NCBI GenBank assembly: GCA_965279515.1
Contig: CBDIID010000003.1
Coordinates: 448,001 to 512,000, forward strand
Direction of reading: 5' to 3'
From: Turneriella sp.
Lineage (GTDB): Bacteria > Spirochaetota > Leptospiria > Turneriellales > Turneriellaceae
DNA length: 64,000 nucleotides
Below, piece after piece: positions 40,370 to 50,196 of this stretch. The position numbers and the translations under genes are program-made. The notes below the pieces were generated by a model, which was not told the origin of the DNA, did no database searches, and saw only the letters and a program-made list of their open reading frames with translations. How positions within the stretch are numbered: position 1 is the first letter of the stretch; every line of letters begins with the position of its first letter.

Positions 40370-40742
40370 TGAGGTTCCTCCGCATGTCAGCTGCTGCGTC
40401 AAACTCGAGTTTGGTCACCAACGCTGGTATAAGATAAGTGGTGCCGGGGATCAATGCCGGAGGAAAATCATTGGCCTGATCGATACGGACATAAAACTGT
40501 CTGATGCCGTAATACTTCTCAGCTAGATCTTGGCTCGTTTCACCTGATACCGCAACGTGCAGTGTGTCTTGCATCAGCGGATCAGGAATTGCCAGCTTCG
40601 TATTTGGTGCGAGCGTAAAGATATCGGGACCGATGGCGTTTTCATTGTGCGAATATAGATAGGCATACAGATCATGTCGAAAGTAAAAAAGAACTGCAAC
40701 GCGTAGAAGAGAATCTCCGGATCGGCTCGTGTAGTATTTCAC
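40350..40742 (-). CDS. Tail X/LysM-like protein (two repeats)
   Basis: GDSLLRVA..FY...N and GETSQDLAEKYYG...N...PG..LIP. Confidence 0.72.
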   Translation of the reverse strand: MKYYTSRSGDSLLRVAVLFYFRHDLYAYLYSHNENAIGPDIFTLAPNTKLAIPDPLMQDTLHVAVSGETSQDLAEKYYGIRQFYVRIDQANDFPPALIPGTTYLIPALVTKLEFDAAADMRRNLSVQFDR

Positions 40743-41278
40743 AAACCCACCAGTCCGCGCAACTTATTCACGGCGTTGTCTTTCGTTTGAATCTCGCGGC
40801 GCGTAGCGTTGTCAGATAGTGCTTCAAACTTAAACGTCATAACGCTTTGAAAGCCTTTCTTTGGAGGGGCTTCAAAGTTTTGAATGGCTACCTGCTTGAT
40901 CCCGAATTTTTCAGTATAAGGACATATGATCTGAACAGAGTGATTTTTCTGCCAAATAGCAACCAACAGATCAAGCTGATTTAGTAGACTCTTATTGTTT
41001 TTCGCGGCAAAAACGCCTTCGATGCTCACGTCATAATCTGGTCTGGATATCTGTTCTTTGACTGTGCTTTCACCACCAGGGATGTCTGTGATGATGATAT
41101 TTTTCCTGGCTTTGACGGAGATCGTCGTGTTGCTTGGCAGTTTAACGCCATCGAGCTTGATCGGATAAACCGATCGAGTGAGCAGGCTGAACGGAGACGG
41201 TAAAGAATCACCGCCAGAGAACGTGGCCAGATCTCCTGGCGCCGAGAGTACATCACCGCCGACGTCAACGAGTCCCAT
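40739..41278 (-). CDS. Tail tube initiator-like protein (gpU/DUF6046-like)
   Basis: KNII.T.I.G...TVKE...DY.V.I.G; directly after tape measure. Confidence 0.6.
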   Translation of the reverse strand: MGLVDVGGDVLSAPGDLATFSGGDSLPSPFSLLTRSVYPIKLDGVKLPSNTTISVKARKNIIITDIPGGESTVKEQISRPDYDVSIEGVFAAKNNKSLLNQLDLLVAIWQKNHSVQIICPYTEKFGIKQVAIQNFEAPPKKGFQSVMTFKFEALSDNATRREIQTKDNAVNKLRGLVGL

Positions 41279-43752
41279 TACGCCGGCTCCGCTTTGTCCA
41301 GGATGTCGAGGAACTGATCGGCGAGCTGCCGCGCGAACTCTTCGCGGCTCAGGCCCCTGCCTGCCAGCGTCAGATAGATATTGCCGAAGATTGATCCGGC
41401 TGAAATTCTACCACCGGCACCGCCGGTCAGCTTTTCCATGAGCGGCGAATCGGTTTTGATTGTCTGCGCCTGGCGTTGTACGAACTTCTCTGTCGCGTCG
41501 GTGTCGCGCCCCTGAATCTCTACGCCCTGGTTGAAGGTGTTCACCAGGGCTTTGCCTCGGGCCTTCAGGTTAGAGAGCGGGCCTTCCTTCGCGTCTGATG
41601 ACGGCAGAAAGCGGGTGATGCTGGCGGCGAGGTCTTTGATTTCTACATCGGTAAAAACCTTGCCCTTGCGGATGCCCTCGGCGAAAGTTTTTGCGAGAGC
41701 CATGCCCTTTTCTTCGATCTTGTTGAGCTCCGATTTGCTGCCGAGCTTTTCAGCCAGGTCGACTTTGCCAACGTCGAGCGCGTCCTGAATTTTGCCCTGC
41801 AGGTCGGTCAGCGCCGAGATCTGATTTTCCATCGCCGCTTTTGACGCGGCACTGGCCATCGGCTGTGCGGCTTTGAGCGCATCGATGCGCTGCTTGATTT
41901 CGTCGAGGCCGGAAGAGACTTTGCCGCGGGCGTCCTCTTGCCCCTTGAGTTTCTCTACTGCATCGCTCTGCAGTTTGATCTGCTGCGTCAGCTTCTGGTA
42001 TTCCGGTAGTTTTGTCTGGCCGGCCTTTTCAAGAATGTCTTGTTTCTTCTTCAGCTCTTCGAGCTGGGTGTTCGCCTTCTTCAGATCCATCGCCAGCTGA
42101 TCGCCGGCGGTGATTTTGAAGCCAAAGACCGACTTGATGATCTCCCAGTTGTCGACGATTTTCTTGATGAGATTAATGAGCGGTTCGTATGCACCCCAGA
42201 TAGAAAAGCCCGCACTCTTAGCGACCTTCTCGGAATCGATCAGGTGGGCTTTGAGATCATCCCAGTAAACGATCAGCGCCATGATGCCTGTGATTAACGC
42301 GAAGATCGGGTTGATCGACATGACCGCGTTTAATCCTATCTGCGCGATTTTCAGAACGCCGGCTTTAATCGCAGCAAAGCTGAAGCCGTTACCGAGCAGC
42401 TGCACACCGATCGCGTAGGCTTTCGAGGCACTGCCCGCGAGACCCGAGGCCAGGGCATTCTGATACATGAGCAAATTGTAGATTCGCATCGCAGCACCGT
42501 AAGCCATAACGGTACCACCGACGACACTTACAGCCACCGCTAGACCGCCCAGATTAGAGAGCAGGCTCGCGAGTGCCGGGCTTTGCTGCGCGGCCTTCTG
42601 TATCCAGACGAACAGGTCGGCAATTTTACCGGCGAGCGGCGCGATGAAAGAATCGCCGAAGCCTTTCGCTATGAGATCTTTGAATGCTTTCCACCCGGCG
42701 CCCACGCGGGCGACCTGCTGCGAGAGGTTCAGCAGGTTTTCTTTTGAAGCCTCGTTGACAAACTTCATGTTCCCGGCTTTGTTGAGATCCTGAATCGTCT
42801 TGATTTCAGAGCCCAGCTCTTTATAGGCGGGCAGCATTTCTTTGATGAAGCCGACAGCCTCTTCGCTGCCGAATGCCTTTTTGATCTTATCAAGCTCTGT
42901 GAGATCGAGCGTGTCGCCGAAACGTGCGCGAAGTTGCGCGAGCAGCTTTGGCATGTCGCTGAGTTTGCCGTTGGCGTCGACCGCGCGCAATCCGAGTTTG
43001 CCGAAACCTTCGGCGATATTTACCAGGAACGCACGATACGAAGTACCGGCAACGCCGGCCTGCATGGTGTTCTGCAGTCGGCCGAGAACGACACTCTGCT
43101 CTTCGAGCGGAATGCCAAGCGAAGCAGCCGATGCGCCGAGCGATTGCATCGCCTGCTGCATTTTTGCGCCGTCGGTTTTATAGACGTTGGCCGAGTAGCT
43201 GATGGTGTTTGCGAAAAGGGCGGCGAAGTTCTCGTCGTTGAGACCCTTGTACATTTTCTTAAACTGAGCGTGGGCGACGCCGAAGAGGTCAGAAAGTCCG
43301 GCGAAGTCACCCTTCGTCGCCAGAGCCAGCTTTGCGATCTGTTCGCTGATGCCGGCGAGCTGTCCAGGATCAAGGCTCGATACTGCGGATTTAATATCGT
43401 AGATACCGGTGAGGAAAGTTTCTTTCGCGATGCCGTATTCAGAAGCCATCACTCGGGTCGACTGCGAGATCTTGTCGGTCTCCTGGGCAGTGATGCCCAG
43501 CGAGCGGATGTTGGCCTCGAGCTTCGAGGACTCCATACGCGCGGCAATGAGTCCGCTGGCAAGCACCAGGCCCGAGCCCAGCACGGCGCCACCGATTTTC
43601 AGGCTCTTCATGCTCGCTTCGAACATGGCGAGATCATCGGCGCGGCCTTTGAGTTGGTTTCTGAAATCGTTGAGCTTGCCTTTGATGCCATCCATTTTTT
43701 CGGACAGCATATCCTTGAGAGTGAGAACGGCACCGAGCTTGAAATAATCCAT
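41278..43752 (-). CDS. Tape measure protein
   Basis: 824 aa, Ala/Gly-rich helical, TP901-type core (AGTSYRAF), hydrophobic segments. Confidence 0.9.
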   Translation of the reverse strand: MDYFKLGAVLTLKDMLSEKMDGIKGKLNDFRNQLKGRADDLAMFEASMKSLKIGGAVLGSGLVLASGLIAARMESSKLEANIRSLGITAQETDKISQSTRVMASEYGIAKETFLTGIYDIKSAVSSLDPGQLAGISEQIAKLALATKGDFAGLSDLFGVAHAQFKKMYKGLNDENFAALFANTISYSANVYKTDGAKMQQAMQSLGASAASLGIPLEEQSVVLGRLQNTMQAGVAGTSYRAFLVNIAEGFGKLGLRAVDANGKLSDMPKLLAQLRARFGDTLDLTELDKIKKAFGSEEAVGFIKEMLPAYKELGSEIKTIQDLNKAGNMKFVNEASKENLLNLSQQVARVGAGWKAFKDLIAKGFGDSFIAPLAGKIADLFVWIQKAAQQSPALASLLSNLGGLAVAVSVVGGTVMAYGAAMRIYNLLMYQNALASGLAGSASKAYAIGVQLLGNGFSFAAIKAGVLKIAQIGLNAVMSINPIFALITGIMALIVYWDDLKAHLIDSEKVAKSAGFSIWGAYEPLINLIKKIVDNWEIIKSVFGFKITAGDQLAMDLKKANTQLEELKKKQDILEKAGQTKLPEYQKLTQQIKLQSDAVEKLKGQEDARGKVSSGLDEIKQRIDALKAAQPMASAASKAAMENQISALTDLQGKIQDALDVGKVDLAEKLGSKSELNKIEEKGMALAKTFAEGIRKGKVFTDVEIKDLAASITRFLPSSDAKEGPLSNLKARGKALVNTFNQGVEIQGRDTDATEKFVQRQAQTIKTDSPLMEKLTGGAGGRISAGSIFGNIYLTLAGRGLSREEFARQLADQFLDILDKAEPA

Positions 43753-43761
43753 CAGCCGGCC

Positions 43762-43962
43762 TCACTCAGAATTGAAAGAGCGCGCGATGGCGTTGGCCAT
43801 GTTGCGTTCAAGGCGATCTTCGAGCCATTTGCAGTCGACGATCGCCCGGTTGTAGTTTTCAATGGACATTCTTTTTGGATCGAGGCGCAGGTAGTACCGT
43901 ATAAGTATATCCCCGCCAAACCCCCGATCCAGTTCACCTTCTCTGACCTCTATAGCTTTTTT
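43762..43962 (-). CDS. -1 frameshift extension of the tail assembly chaperone (G-T type)
   Basis: A AAA AAG at 43962-43956; -1 frame open to TGA at 43764-43762. Confidence 0.75.
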   Translation of the reverse strand, partial: KKAIEVREGELDRGFGGDILIRYYLRLDPKRMSIENYNRAIVDCKWLEDRLERNMANAIARSFNSE

Positions 43963-44330
43963 ACTTTGGCCTTGGTGGTGACGTTGGCGATCTCAATCAG
44001 CTGCTCGCTGATGGGAATGCACATCGCCCATTCTTGCTGCGCGAGCTCATTGAAGCTGAGAACGTCGGGATAGAGCACCGTGCGGCGGCAGATCTCGCGC
44101 GAGCTTTCAGGCCCGCTGATTTCTTTGCGCGTCGCAGAGGTGAAGTCCGATTCCTTCGGTGTACGGAAGACCCCGTTGAATTCGCGATCGCCGGAAATAC
44201 GGATAGAGATCTGGTGGATCTCGCCGTGCTTCTTTTTCCAGGCTTCGATCTGGTCGCCCAGATCTTCGAGCGGCAGCTCGCCGATTCCCGGCAGCTGCTT
44301 CGGCTCAGTGGCTGATTTTGTTTCTTTCAT
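43950..44330 (-). CDS. Tail assembly chaperone
   Basis: IEAWKKKHG motif; between tube and tape measure. Confidence 0.8.
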   Translation of the reverse strand: MKETKSATEPKQLPGIGELPLEDLGDQIEAWKKKHGEIHQISIRISGDREFNGVFRTPKESDFTSATRKEISGPESSREICRRTVLYPDVLSFNELAQQEWAMCIPISEQLIEIANVTTKAKVKKL

Positions 44331-44343
44331 GTTGCATTACTCC

Positions 44344-44757
44344 TTATGCTTTTGTTTTCTGGACTGGCCCTACGACCTTGAACGGCAGATCGTGAATGAA
44401 ACGCTTGTCCTTGTTCTTGCCGTTGAAACCGTCTTCGGTGAATTTGATCTGCGATAGAATGTGCGTCAGCGTGGGCAGATCTGAACTCGACTCGATGATG
44501 ATGAACGGCAGGGGCGGCATCTTCAACAGGTCGTAGCCAAACGCCACGGCGAAATCGAGGATGTTCATGTACTCCTGACCGGAAACCTTGAGCGAACCTT
44601 CGCCCGTTGTTTCGCCCTGGCCCCAGGCACTCGGTTGACCTTCGTTGTCCGTAAAGACTTCGATCTCTGTTTTCAGCTTATAGCTGACTTCCTCGGCATT
44701 GACGAGCGTGCGCCCGCCGAGGATTGCTTTCGTGTTTTTCCAGCTGTATTCTTCCAT
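44344..44757 (-). CDS. Tail tube protein
   Basis: EYSW.., 137 aa, directly after sheath. Confidence 0.75.
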   Translation of the reverse strand: MEEYSWKNTKAILGGRTLVNAEEVSYKLKTEIEVFTDNEGQPSAWGQGETTGEGSLKVSGQEYMNILDFAVAFGYDLLKMPPLPFIIIESSSDLPTLTHILSQIKFTEDGFNGKNKDKRFIHDLPFKVVGPVQKTKA

Positions 44758-44769
44758 GGTTTACCTGCC

Positions 44770-46206
44770 TTACATCGTTGCCACATCGAGCTCGATGTCT
44801 TCCATCGTGCCGATCGGCTTGAACTTGATTTTCCCCACGACCTTCTTCGTGGTCGCGACGTCCTGTTTCGGGTCGAGATAGGTTGTGTGCGAATCGATTT
44901 CGCGGTCCCCCTTCTTCTCCATGCTTTCGGAAATCGCGTTGTTGATCTCCGTTGCGAGCGCGGGAATGCCACCGATGCCGGCGTCGGGATGCGACGGGCT
45001 TTCGAGGAACTTCATGATACGACGGCGCACCACGCGGCAGATCTTATCAGCCGCGCGCAATACCTGGATACGCGTGAAGTCAGAGGTATCCACAGCCATC
45101 GTGCTGCCGTGGCTGAAGTAGAAGCCTGCATAGTCTTCGTACTGCAGAGCGACGATGTAGCCGTTTTCGGAGAGCAGATCGAGCCACGATTTCGGATCTT
45201 CGTCCCGGTTCGATAGCGCTTCATAATCTTCGATCGCGCTTACCGTCAGGAAAGCGAACCGATCGACGAAGCCAGGAGATTCGTGGACACGCGCGGCTGA
45301 AAGTTTCGCACCGAGCACTGTGCCCAGGTTGCGCACTTCACCGGTGCCGATGTATGTGCCGCGGTTGACAACGACCTGCACGCGTGCGTGGCGAAAACTT
45401 TTCGCCTCGTTGATGCGGGCCATTGCCCATTCGTCGACGGTTTCTTCGTCTTCGATATCGCGCGCTGTGGCCTCCATGATAAAGGTCACGCGGTGCTTGT
45501 ACTTCGTGATCCACTCATCGGCGAGCGCGCCGACAGAAGTCCAGAAGCTTGCCACCGATGCGCCGAGCACATGGATGAAGCGGATCTGGTGCGCCTGCTT
45601 TGCAGCGCGGATCGCGGTCAGCGTGTTGTTGACCGAAGCCGTGGGGCCGAAGCATTCAAACTCGTAGGTATCTCCGGCAACGAACGAGGTACTCGGTGTG
45701 CCGCCATTGGTGAACGCGATCGTTACGCCGGCAGCGAGAGAGATCGGAGAAGCAGATGCCGGGGTCGTGAGCTCCGCACTCCAGGTCTTGCCGCCATCAG
45801 ACGACTTACGGTAGGTGGCCGTCGCCGATGCGCCGCCGAGAATAATCTCGACGATGAACTTGCGCGTGCCGGTTACCGTGCCAGCGGTCGCATGCGTTGC
45901 GGTTCCGGTACCGGTGTGTTCGACATCGCCAATGGAACCCGCGACATCGCTGACCGGGCGGCAGAAGTAGAACGGCGGCGGGGTCTGACCTTTGGCTTCG
46001 GAGAACTCTTCGAAGTGCTGCTTAGCCGCGGCGAGCAGTGGGCCAGAGATCAGCAGGTTTTTCGCATCGAAGTACGAGCCGGCGGTGAGGATGGTGTTCG
46101 CATCACCGCCTTCGGCTGCACCGACTTTCAGCTGGATGCCGTCTTCGCCCTTCGGTGCGGCGCCGATGCCGCCGTCGATCAGATTGGTTTTTACATCTCC
46201 GGTCAT
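44770..46206 (-). CDS. Tail sheath protein (DUF2586-like)
   Basis: DV...I.DG.IG N-terminus, SDF..I...R..DK..R, KP.G....I C-terminus. Confidence 0.82.
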   Translation of the reverse strand: MTGDVKTNLIDGGIGAAPKGEDGIQLKVGAAEGGDANTILTAGSYFDAKNLLISGPLLAAAKQHFEEFSEAKGQTPPPFYFCRPVSDVAGSIGDVEHTGTGTATHATAGTVTGTRKFIVEIILGGASATATYRKSSDGGKTWSAELTTPASASPISLAAGVTIAFTNGGTPSTSFVAGDTYEFECFGPTASVNNTLTAIRAAKQAHQIRFIHVLGASVASFWTSVGALADEWITKYKHRVTFIMEATARDIEDEETVDEWAMARINEAKSFRHARVQVVVNRGTYIGTGEVRNLGTVLGAKLSAARVHESPGFVDRFAFLTVSAIEDYEALSNRDEDPKSWLDLLSENGYIVALQYEDYAGFYFSHGSTMAVDTSDFTRIQVLRAADKICRVVRRRIMKFLESPSHPDAGIGGIPALATEINNAISESMEKKGDREIDSHTTYLDPKQDVATTKKVVGKIKFKPIGTMEDIELDVATM

Positions 46207-46493
46207 TTCTTACCTGCCTTGGGTTTTCTTTCCCCGAATTTTCCGCCGCCGAATTTCTCCAGCGCGGCTTTGAAATCTGCTTCGTTGATTTCTGCGTCCC
46301 AGTCTGCCTTGCGGTCGGCGCATGCGCCGCGCGCGAGCGGGTAATCCGCTCCCAGCTCTGTGACCCAGAACTGCCAGTTCTTGATCGGCTTTTTCGCGGC
46401 TGCAGATTCTGCCACCGGTTCAACGGGCTTCGACTTCGCCGAGCCCTCGCCTTTGCCCGATGCTTCGGGTTCTTTAGGAATTTTTTCGCTCAT
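46203..46493 (-). CDS. Small phage protein upstream of sheath
   Basis: 4-nt overlaps with both neighbours. Confidence 0.65.
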   Translation of the reverse strand: MSEKIPKEPEASGKGEGSAKSKPVEPVAESAAAKKPIKNWQFWVTELGADYPLARGACADRKADWDAEINEADFKAALEKFGGGKFGERKPKAGKK

Positions 46494-47029
46494 GTGGTTA
46501 CTCCAATGTCAATTTGATCTGCAGCCGGTAAGAGAGGAACATGCTCACTTTTGTATTTGTTTTCGATAAATTTAAGCCGGATAACGACCTTGTAGAAGTC
46601 GTCGTTTTCGTCTTCGACGATGTCGCCGCCGAGGAACTCCACCTCGACGCTCTCGCCTTCAGAGTTTTTGATGCGATCGTTCAGACCGACATGGGCTTCA
46701 GCCTGGTCTGAGAGCGTCGCCTTGATAATTTCGCTCGCGAGATCTTTCAACCAGAAGTCGATCTGGAACTCATAGTGCATGCGCACGCGGGATTTTTTCA
46801 GCGTGACGAAGTTCTGACGCACTGTGCGCTCACCGTAGCTCTCGTCGGGCACAGGTGTTGATGAAGGCGTGCGGATCACTACGAGCCTGTCGCGTATCGC
46901 CGAGGCGTATTGCTTCGGCATGAATTCGAGAATGTCTGAACGCTCGAAGGCCTTGCCATCGAGGCCCATAGCCATAAGCATCGCGATCAGATACTCGTAC
47001 TTTAAATCGAGCTTCACCTGATCGCTCAC
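46490..47029 (-). CDS. Putative tail terminator/completion protein
   Basis: Position and coupling only. Confidence 0.5.
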   Translation of the reverse strand: MSDQVKLDLKYEYLIAMLMAMGLDGKAFERSDILEFMPKQYASAIRDRLVVIRTPSSTPVPDESYGERTVRQNFVTLKKSRVRMHYEFQIDFWLKDLASEIIKATLSDQAEAHVGLNDRIKNSEGESVEVEFLGGDIVEDENDDFYKVVIRLKFIENKYKSEHVPLLPAADQIDIGVTT

Positions 47030-47490
47030 GGGAAAACCTCACGCATCGTGTTGACCATGTCGGCGCGGCGTTCTTCTTCAGTCTCTTTCGCTGCCGGCGC
47101 CAGGTGTGGACGCGCCTTGATTTTTTTCTTCTCGAAACCGAACTCAAGCGCGCGCGCCTGCGGGTGGTTAGAGCCGACCGCATACTCAGCATCGCCGACC
47201 TTCTGATCAGCGAACGAGTTCACGTAGTTACCAGATGGGTGCGAACCTTTGCGGCTGCGTACGCCGCTGATCAGCTTCTTGTTCGAGCCGCCAGCCTTGG
47301 CTTTGCGTGCCGCATACTTCGGGTCGAGAGCCGGCCAGTTCGCGGGCTGACTGTGAATTTTTTTCACGACTGCAGCGCGTAGAATCTTTGCACTGCGCGC
47401 GACGGCTTTATCAGCCTGGCGGTGAATGCGGCCAGGTAGTTCGACCATCTTCTTGAGCGCTTCGTCGAAGCCGACAATCTCAAGGCTCAC
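47026..47490 (-). CDS. Neck/tail completion protein (HK97 gp10/virion morphogenesis family)
   Basis: WPAL.P.Y, VGSN..A..LEFG...ARP.L.PA. Confidence 0.8.
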   Translation of the reverse strand: MSLEIVGFDEALKKMVELPGRIHRQADKAVARSAKILRAAVVKKIHSQPANWPALDPKYAARKAKAGGSNKKLISGVRSRKGSHPSGNYVNSFADQKVGDAEYAVGSNHPQARALEFGFEKKKIKARPHLAPAAKETEEERRADMVNTMREVFP

Positions 47491-47872
47491 GCTGCACCTC
47501 CAGAACCGTGAAGGTTGCGCCAGGCTTGATTGTCTGCTCGTCGGGTTTGATGAGCTTGCACGCGAAACCGCCGACGGGTTTTTTGTCGGTACCGAGACGG
47601 CCGTTGACGATGATCTTGTCTTCGCCGACGATCGTGAGGCCTGCGCGTTTCACGAAGGTAACACGATAGCGCTCAGGCGTTTGCCCGCCGCCCTGCGTCT
47701 GGTCGACGATTACGGGCAGGCAGCGCAGACGCACCGAATCGATGAAGATGTAGTCGTATTCCCGTTTCGGCGAGGCGTTGATTCCCGTTTCCGAACCTTT
47801 ATTCTTGCCTATGATGACGCTGTTGTGAGCCAGCACGTTGAACTTGGCTTTGATGAACTCTGCCGAGATCAT
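47480..47872 (-). CDS. Putative head closure protein
   Basis: Position; beta-rich. Confidence 0.5.
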   Translation of the reverse strand: MISAEFIKAKFNVLAHNSVIIGKNKGSETGINASPKREYDYIFIDSVRLRCLPVIVDQTQGGGQTPERYRVTFVKRAGLTIVGEDKIIVNGRLGTDKKPVGGFACKLIKPDEQTIKPGATFTVLEVQREP

Positions 47873-48315
47873 GGCGCGAGAACTCCCCCGAACTCGACAT
47901 CGGCGCTCCAGGGCGCCACGAGCCGTTCGGCTTTTGCGAGAAGGTTCTGTATCGTCTCGTCTTGCTCGTCTGCGCTTGCCCGCGCGACGCGAATGCTCAT
48001 CCCGTCGAAGCTGATAGATTCTTCGCCGGTACTGGCGCGACGCCAGGCTTCGGGTAGTATTTCAACAAGCGCGAGGGAGATCTCTGCGCGCGTGAGTTTC
48101 TTTTTCATCACTTCATCGGCATCGGATTCTCCTGCGGCTTCGTAATTCGCAGCACCGACCCAGTCGGTCAGACGCTGCTCGGCTTCCCAGATATAGCCCT
48201 CAAGAAACTCATCGAGCGCAGTTTTATCGCCGTCGACTTTCGTCGCGTCGTCGATGCCCCAGAAGCCGGCGTCAAAGCCGAGCTTCTTGATGTCTGCTGC
48301 GCTCGCGAGTGCCAT
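47869..48315 (-). CDS. Putative head-tail adaptor
   Basis: Position; helical, MALASAADIK start. Confidence 0.55.
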   Translation of the reverse strand: MALASAADIKKLGFDAGFWGIDDATKVDGDKTALDEFLEGYIWEAEQRLTDWVGAANYEAAGESDADEVMKKKLTRAEISLALVEILPEAWRRASTGEESISFDGMSIRVARASADEQDETIQNLLAKAERLVAPWSADVEFGGVLAP

Positions 48316-48318
48316 GGG

Positions 48319-48750
48319 TTATTTGTTCGCCAGTGCCTCGAGTTCGTCGCGGTGATCTTCCAGGCTGATCATCGCATCCATAGCGCGGGCAACGTCCTTT
48401 TCCTTGATCGCCGCTTTTGCTTCAGCCAATGCCGCTTTCATCGCGGCGGCGGTTTCAGGTTTCAGATCTTTGTGCTCGGCGAGATCGCTGGCCTCTTCGA
48501 GAGCCGATTCGGCTTCTGCCAGAATCACCTTCGCCTCTTTGTCTGAGTATTTGCGATGACCGGGCGCAGGCGTCTTGTCGTCTTCGACGAGGACGAGTTC
48601 GCCAGAGCGGATCTTCTCCCGAACGAATTCGGAATCTTTCACCTTGATGATCTCGCCCTTACCTGGGGTCTTCGCGCCGATTCTTTGACCTTCAGGGTCT
48701 ACGAATTTGAGACCCTGATTGTCGAGACGGGGATGCAGTTTAACTTTCAT
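48319..48750 (-). CDS. Hypothetical phage protein after capsid
   Basis: RBS AAGGGG; operon position. Confidence 0.65.
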   Translation of the reverse strand: MKVKLHPRLDNQGLKFVDPEGQRIGAKTPGKGEIIKVKDSEFVREKIRSGELVLVEDDKTPAPGHRKYSDKEAKVILAEAESALEEASDLAEHKDLKPETAAAMKAALAEAKAAIKEKDVARAMDAMISLEDHRDELEALANK

Positions 48751-48760
48751 GCATTGCCCC

Positions 48761-49801
48761 TTATGGTGAGATGTCGAGGTACGCCGACGCGCCGGTGAAG
48801 AGCTTGTTGAAGCCCACGACTTTGCTGATCACAGTTTTTTCGAACTGACGATCGATCAGCTTGTCTGTCTCAACGAGCGATGCGCCTTTTTCTTCGAGCA
48901 CTTCGAGCGAAGATTTCGGATCGATCGCGAGAATGACGTCAGCACCGAGGCCGCTGTTGATGCGCAGCTTGTTGCCGAAGACAGTTTGCGGAACGCCGTC
49001 TTTCAGCCATGGTGCCGCGATCAGAGCATCTTTGAACTCTGCCAGGCTCATGACCTTTTTCATGGTCGCTTTGTCGGCGAGCAGCATGCCAGGCTCGAAA
49101 CCTTCTTCGAAGGCCAACTCGAGCGTCAGCATATCGGCATAGGTGAGCGTGCCTGAAAGGGCGATGCCTACGTCGCTGGCTGGGTTGGTGTTGCCGTCGC
49201 CGTTGACGAGAACGGCCAGACCTTCAGAGACCATCTTGCGGCCGAGCTTTGTACCGATCGCCTGCAGTGTTACTGCCAGAACGTTCGCCTTGGTGCGACG
49301 CAGAGCTTCATAGCTCGATTCGATCTGCATGCCGATTTTGAGAAGGTTGATTGCTTTCTCTTTGGTCTTGCCGATGACTTTCGAGAAGATCGCGCCTTCT
49401 GCAGTGCGCTTGTAGTCGACGTCGCTGGTGGACATGTCGAATTCGATGCCTTCGTACTTACCGCTGTCGACTTGGGTGGTCGTTGCCGCGATTTCGTCGA
49501 TCGTCGCTTCAAACTTACCGCGGCCGAGACCGAGGCGCACGTTGCGCGAAACGAATTCAGGAAAGAGGATCGAGCTCCCCGAAGTTTTGAAAAAATCGGA
49601 AACGAGGCTGGCATTGCCTTTGCCTACGTTGATTTTTTGGTGCATCAGCTGACGCTCGAAAGCGTCGAGCTTCGACAGCTTCGAGCCTTTGTACTCTTCG
49701 CTGGGATCGAGTTTTTCGAGATGTTCTGTGAGCGTGCGGTTCGCCTGAGTCGCTTCGCCGTAAATGCCCTTATCGAGCTTAAGTTCTTCAAATTTTGCCA
49801 T
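48761..49801 (-). CDS. Major capsid protein (HK97 fold)
   Basis: ATG 49801 with AGGAG; EG...K.G..I..SYE, G.G pattern; 346 aa. Confidence 0.85.
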   Translation of the reverse strand: MAKFEELKLDKGIYGEATQANRTLTEHLEKLDPSEEYKGSKLSKLDAFERQLMHQKINVGKGNASLVSDFFKTSGSSILFPEFVSRNVRLGLGRGKFEATIDEIAATTTQVDSGKYEGIEFDMSTSDVDYKRTAEGAIFSKVIGKTKEKAINLLKIGMQIESSYEALRRTKANVLAVTLQAIGTKLGRKMVSEGLAVLVNGDGNTNPASDVGIALSGTLTYADMLTLELAFEEGFEPGMLLADKATMKKVMSLAEFKDALIAAPWLKDGVPQTVFGNKLRINSGLGADVILAIDPKSSLEVLEEKGASLVETDKLIDRQFEKTVISKVVGFNKLFTGASAYLDISP

Positions 49802-49818
49802 TGTTTTCTCCTGTGATT

Positions 49819-50184
49819 TTAAAGCACGATCGTGACTTCTGTGTCTGTCGTGTTGACGTTGAGTACGTGGAACGCTTTGCCGTTGGTGCCATCGACGCGC
49901 ACCGCACCGCTGCCCGCGCATTCCAGCAGGGACGAAGGTACCGCCGGTGCTGTGCTCGTGTATTTGAGCGTACGAACGCAACGCCCGAAATTGACCGTGC
50001 AGACATCCGCCTCGATGGTTTCAACGATGCCGGTGAGCGGATCGTCCGCAGCAGCGAGCACGACTGTTTCGTTAGCACTGATCTTGATCGGCTTACCTTC
50101 GTCCGTGCCTTTGACGAGAGTTGAGTGTTTCATTGTTACCGGTGTGCCTTCACCGGCAGATTTGTTAGTTACGGGAAATGACAT
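49819..50184 (-). CDS. Capsid decoration/cement protein
   Basis: 121 aa beta-rich, between scaffold and capsid. Confidence 0.65.
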   Translation of the reverse strand: MSFPVTNKSAGEGTPVTMKHSTLVKGTDEGKPIKISANETVVLAAADDPLTGIVETIEADVCTVNFGRCVRTLKYTSTAPAVPSSLLECAGSGAVRVDGTNGKAFHVLNVNTTDTEVTIVL

Positions 50185-50196
50185 GTGTTACCTGCC

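Noticed and set aside
43752..43937. 61-aa track ORF as the gene before tape measure
   Set aside because: The -1 frame from the slippery site gives a more protein-like product and fits the G/GT pattern.
42934..46344. Long plus-strand ORFs (379 aa, 318 aa) opposite the tail genes
   Set aside because: Typical antisense shadows of GC-rich coding sequence.
49802..49981. Extended N-terminus of the capsid ORF
   Set aside because: Overlaps the decoration gene; ATG 49801 has the clear AGGAG RBS.
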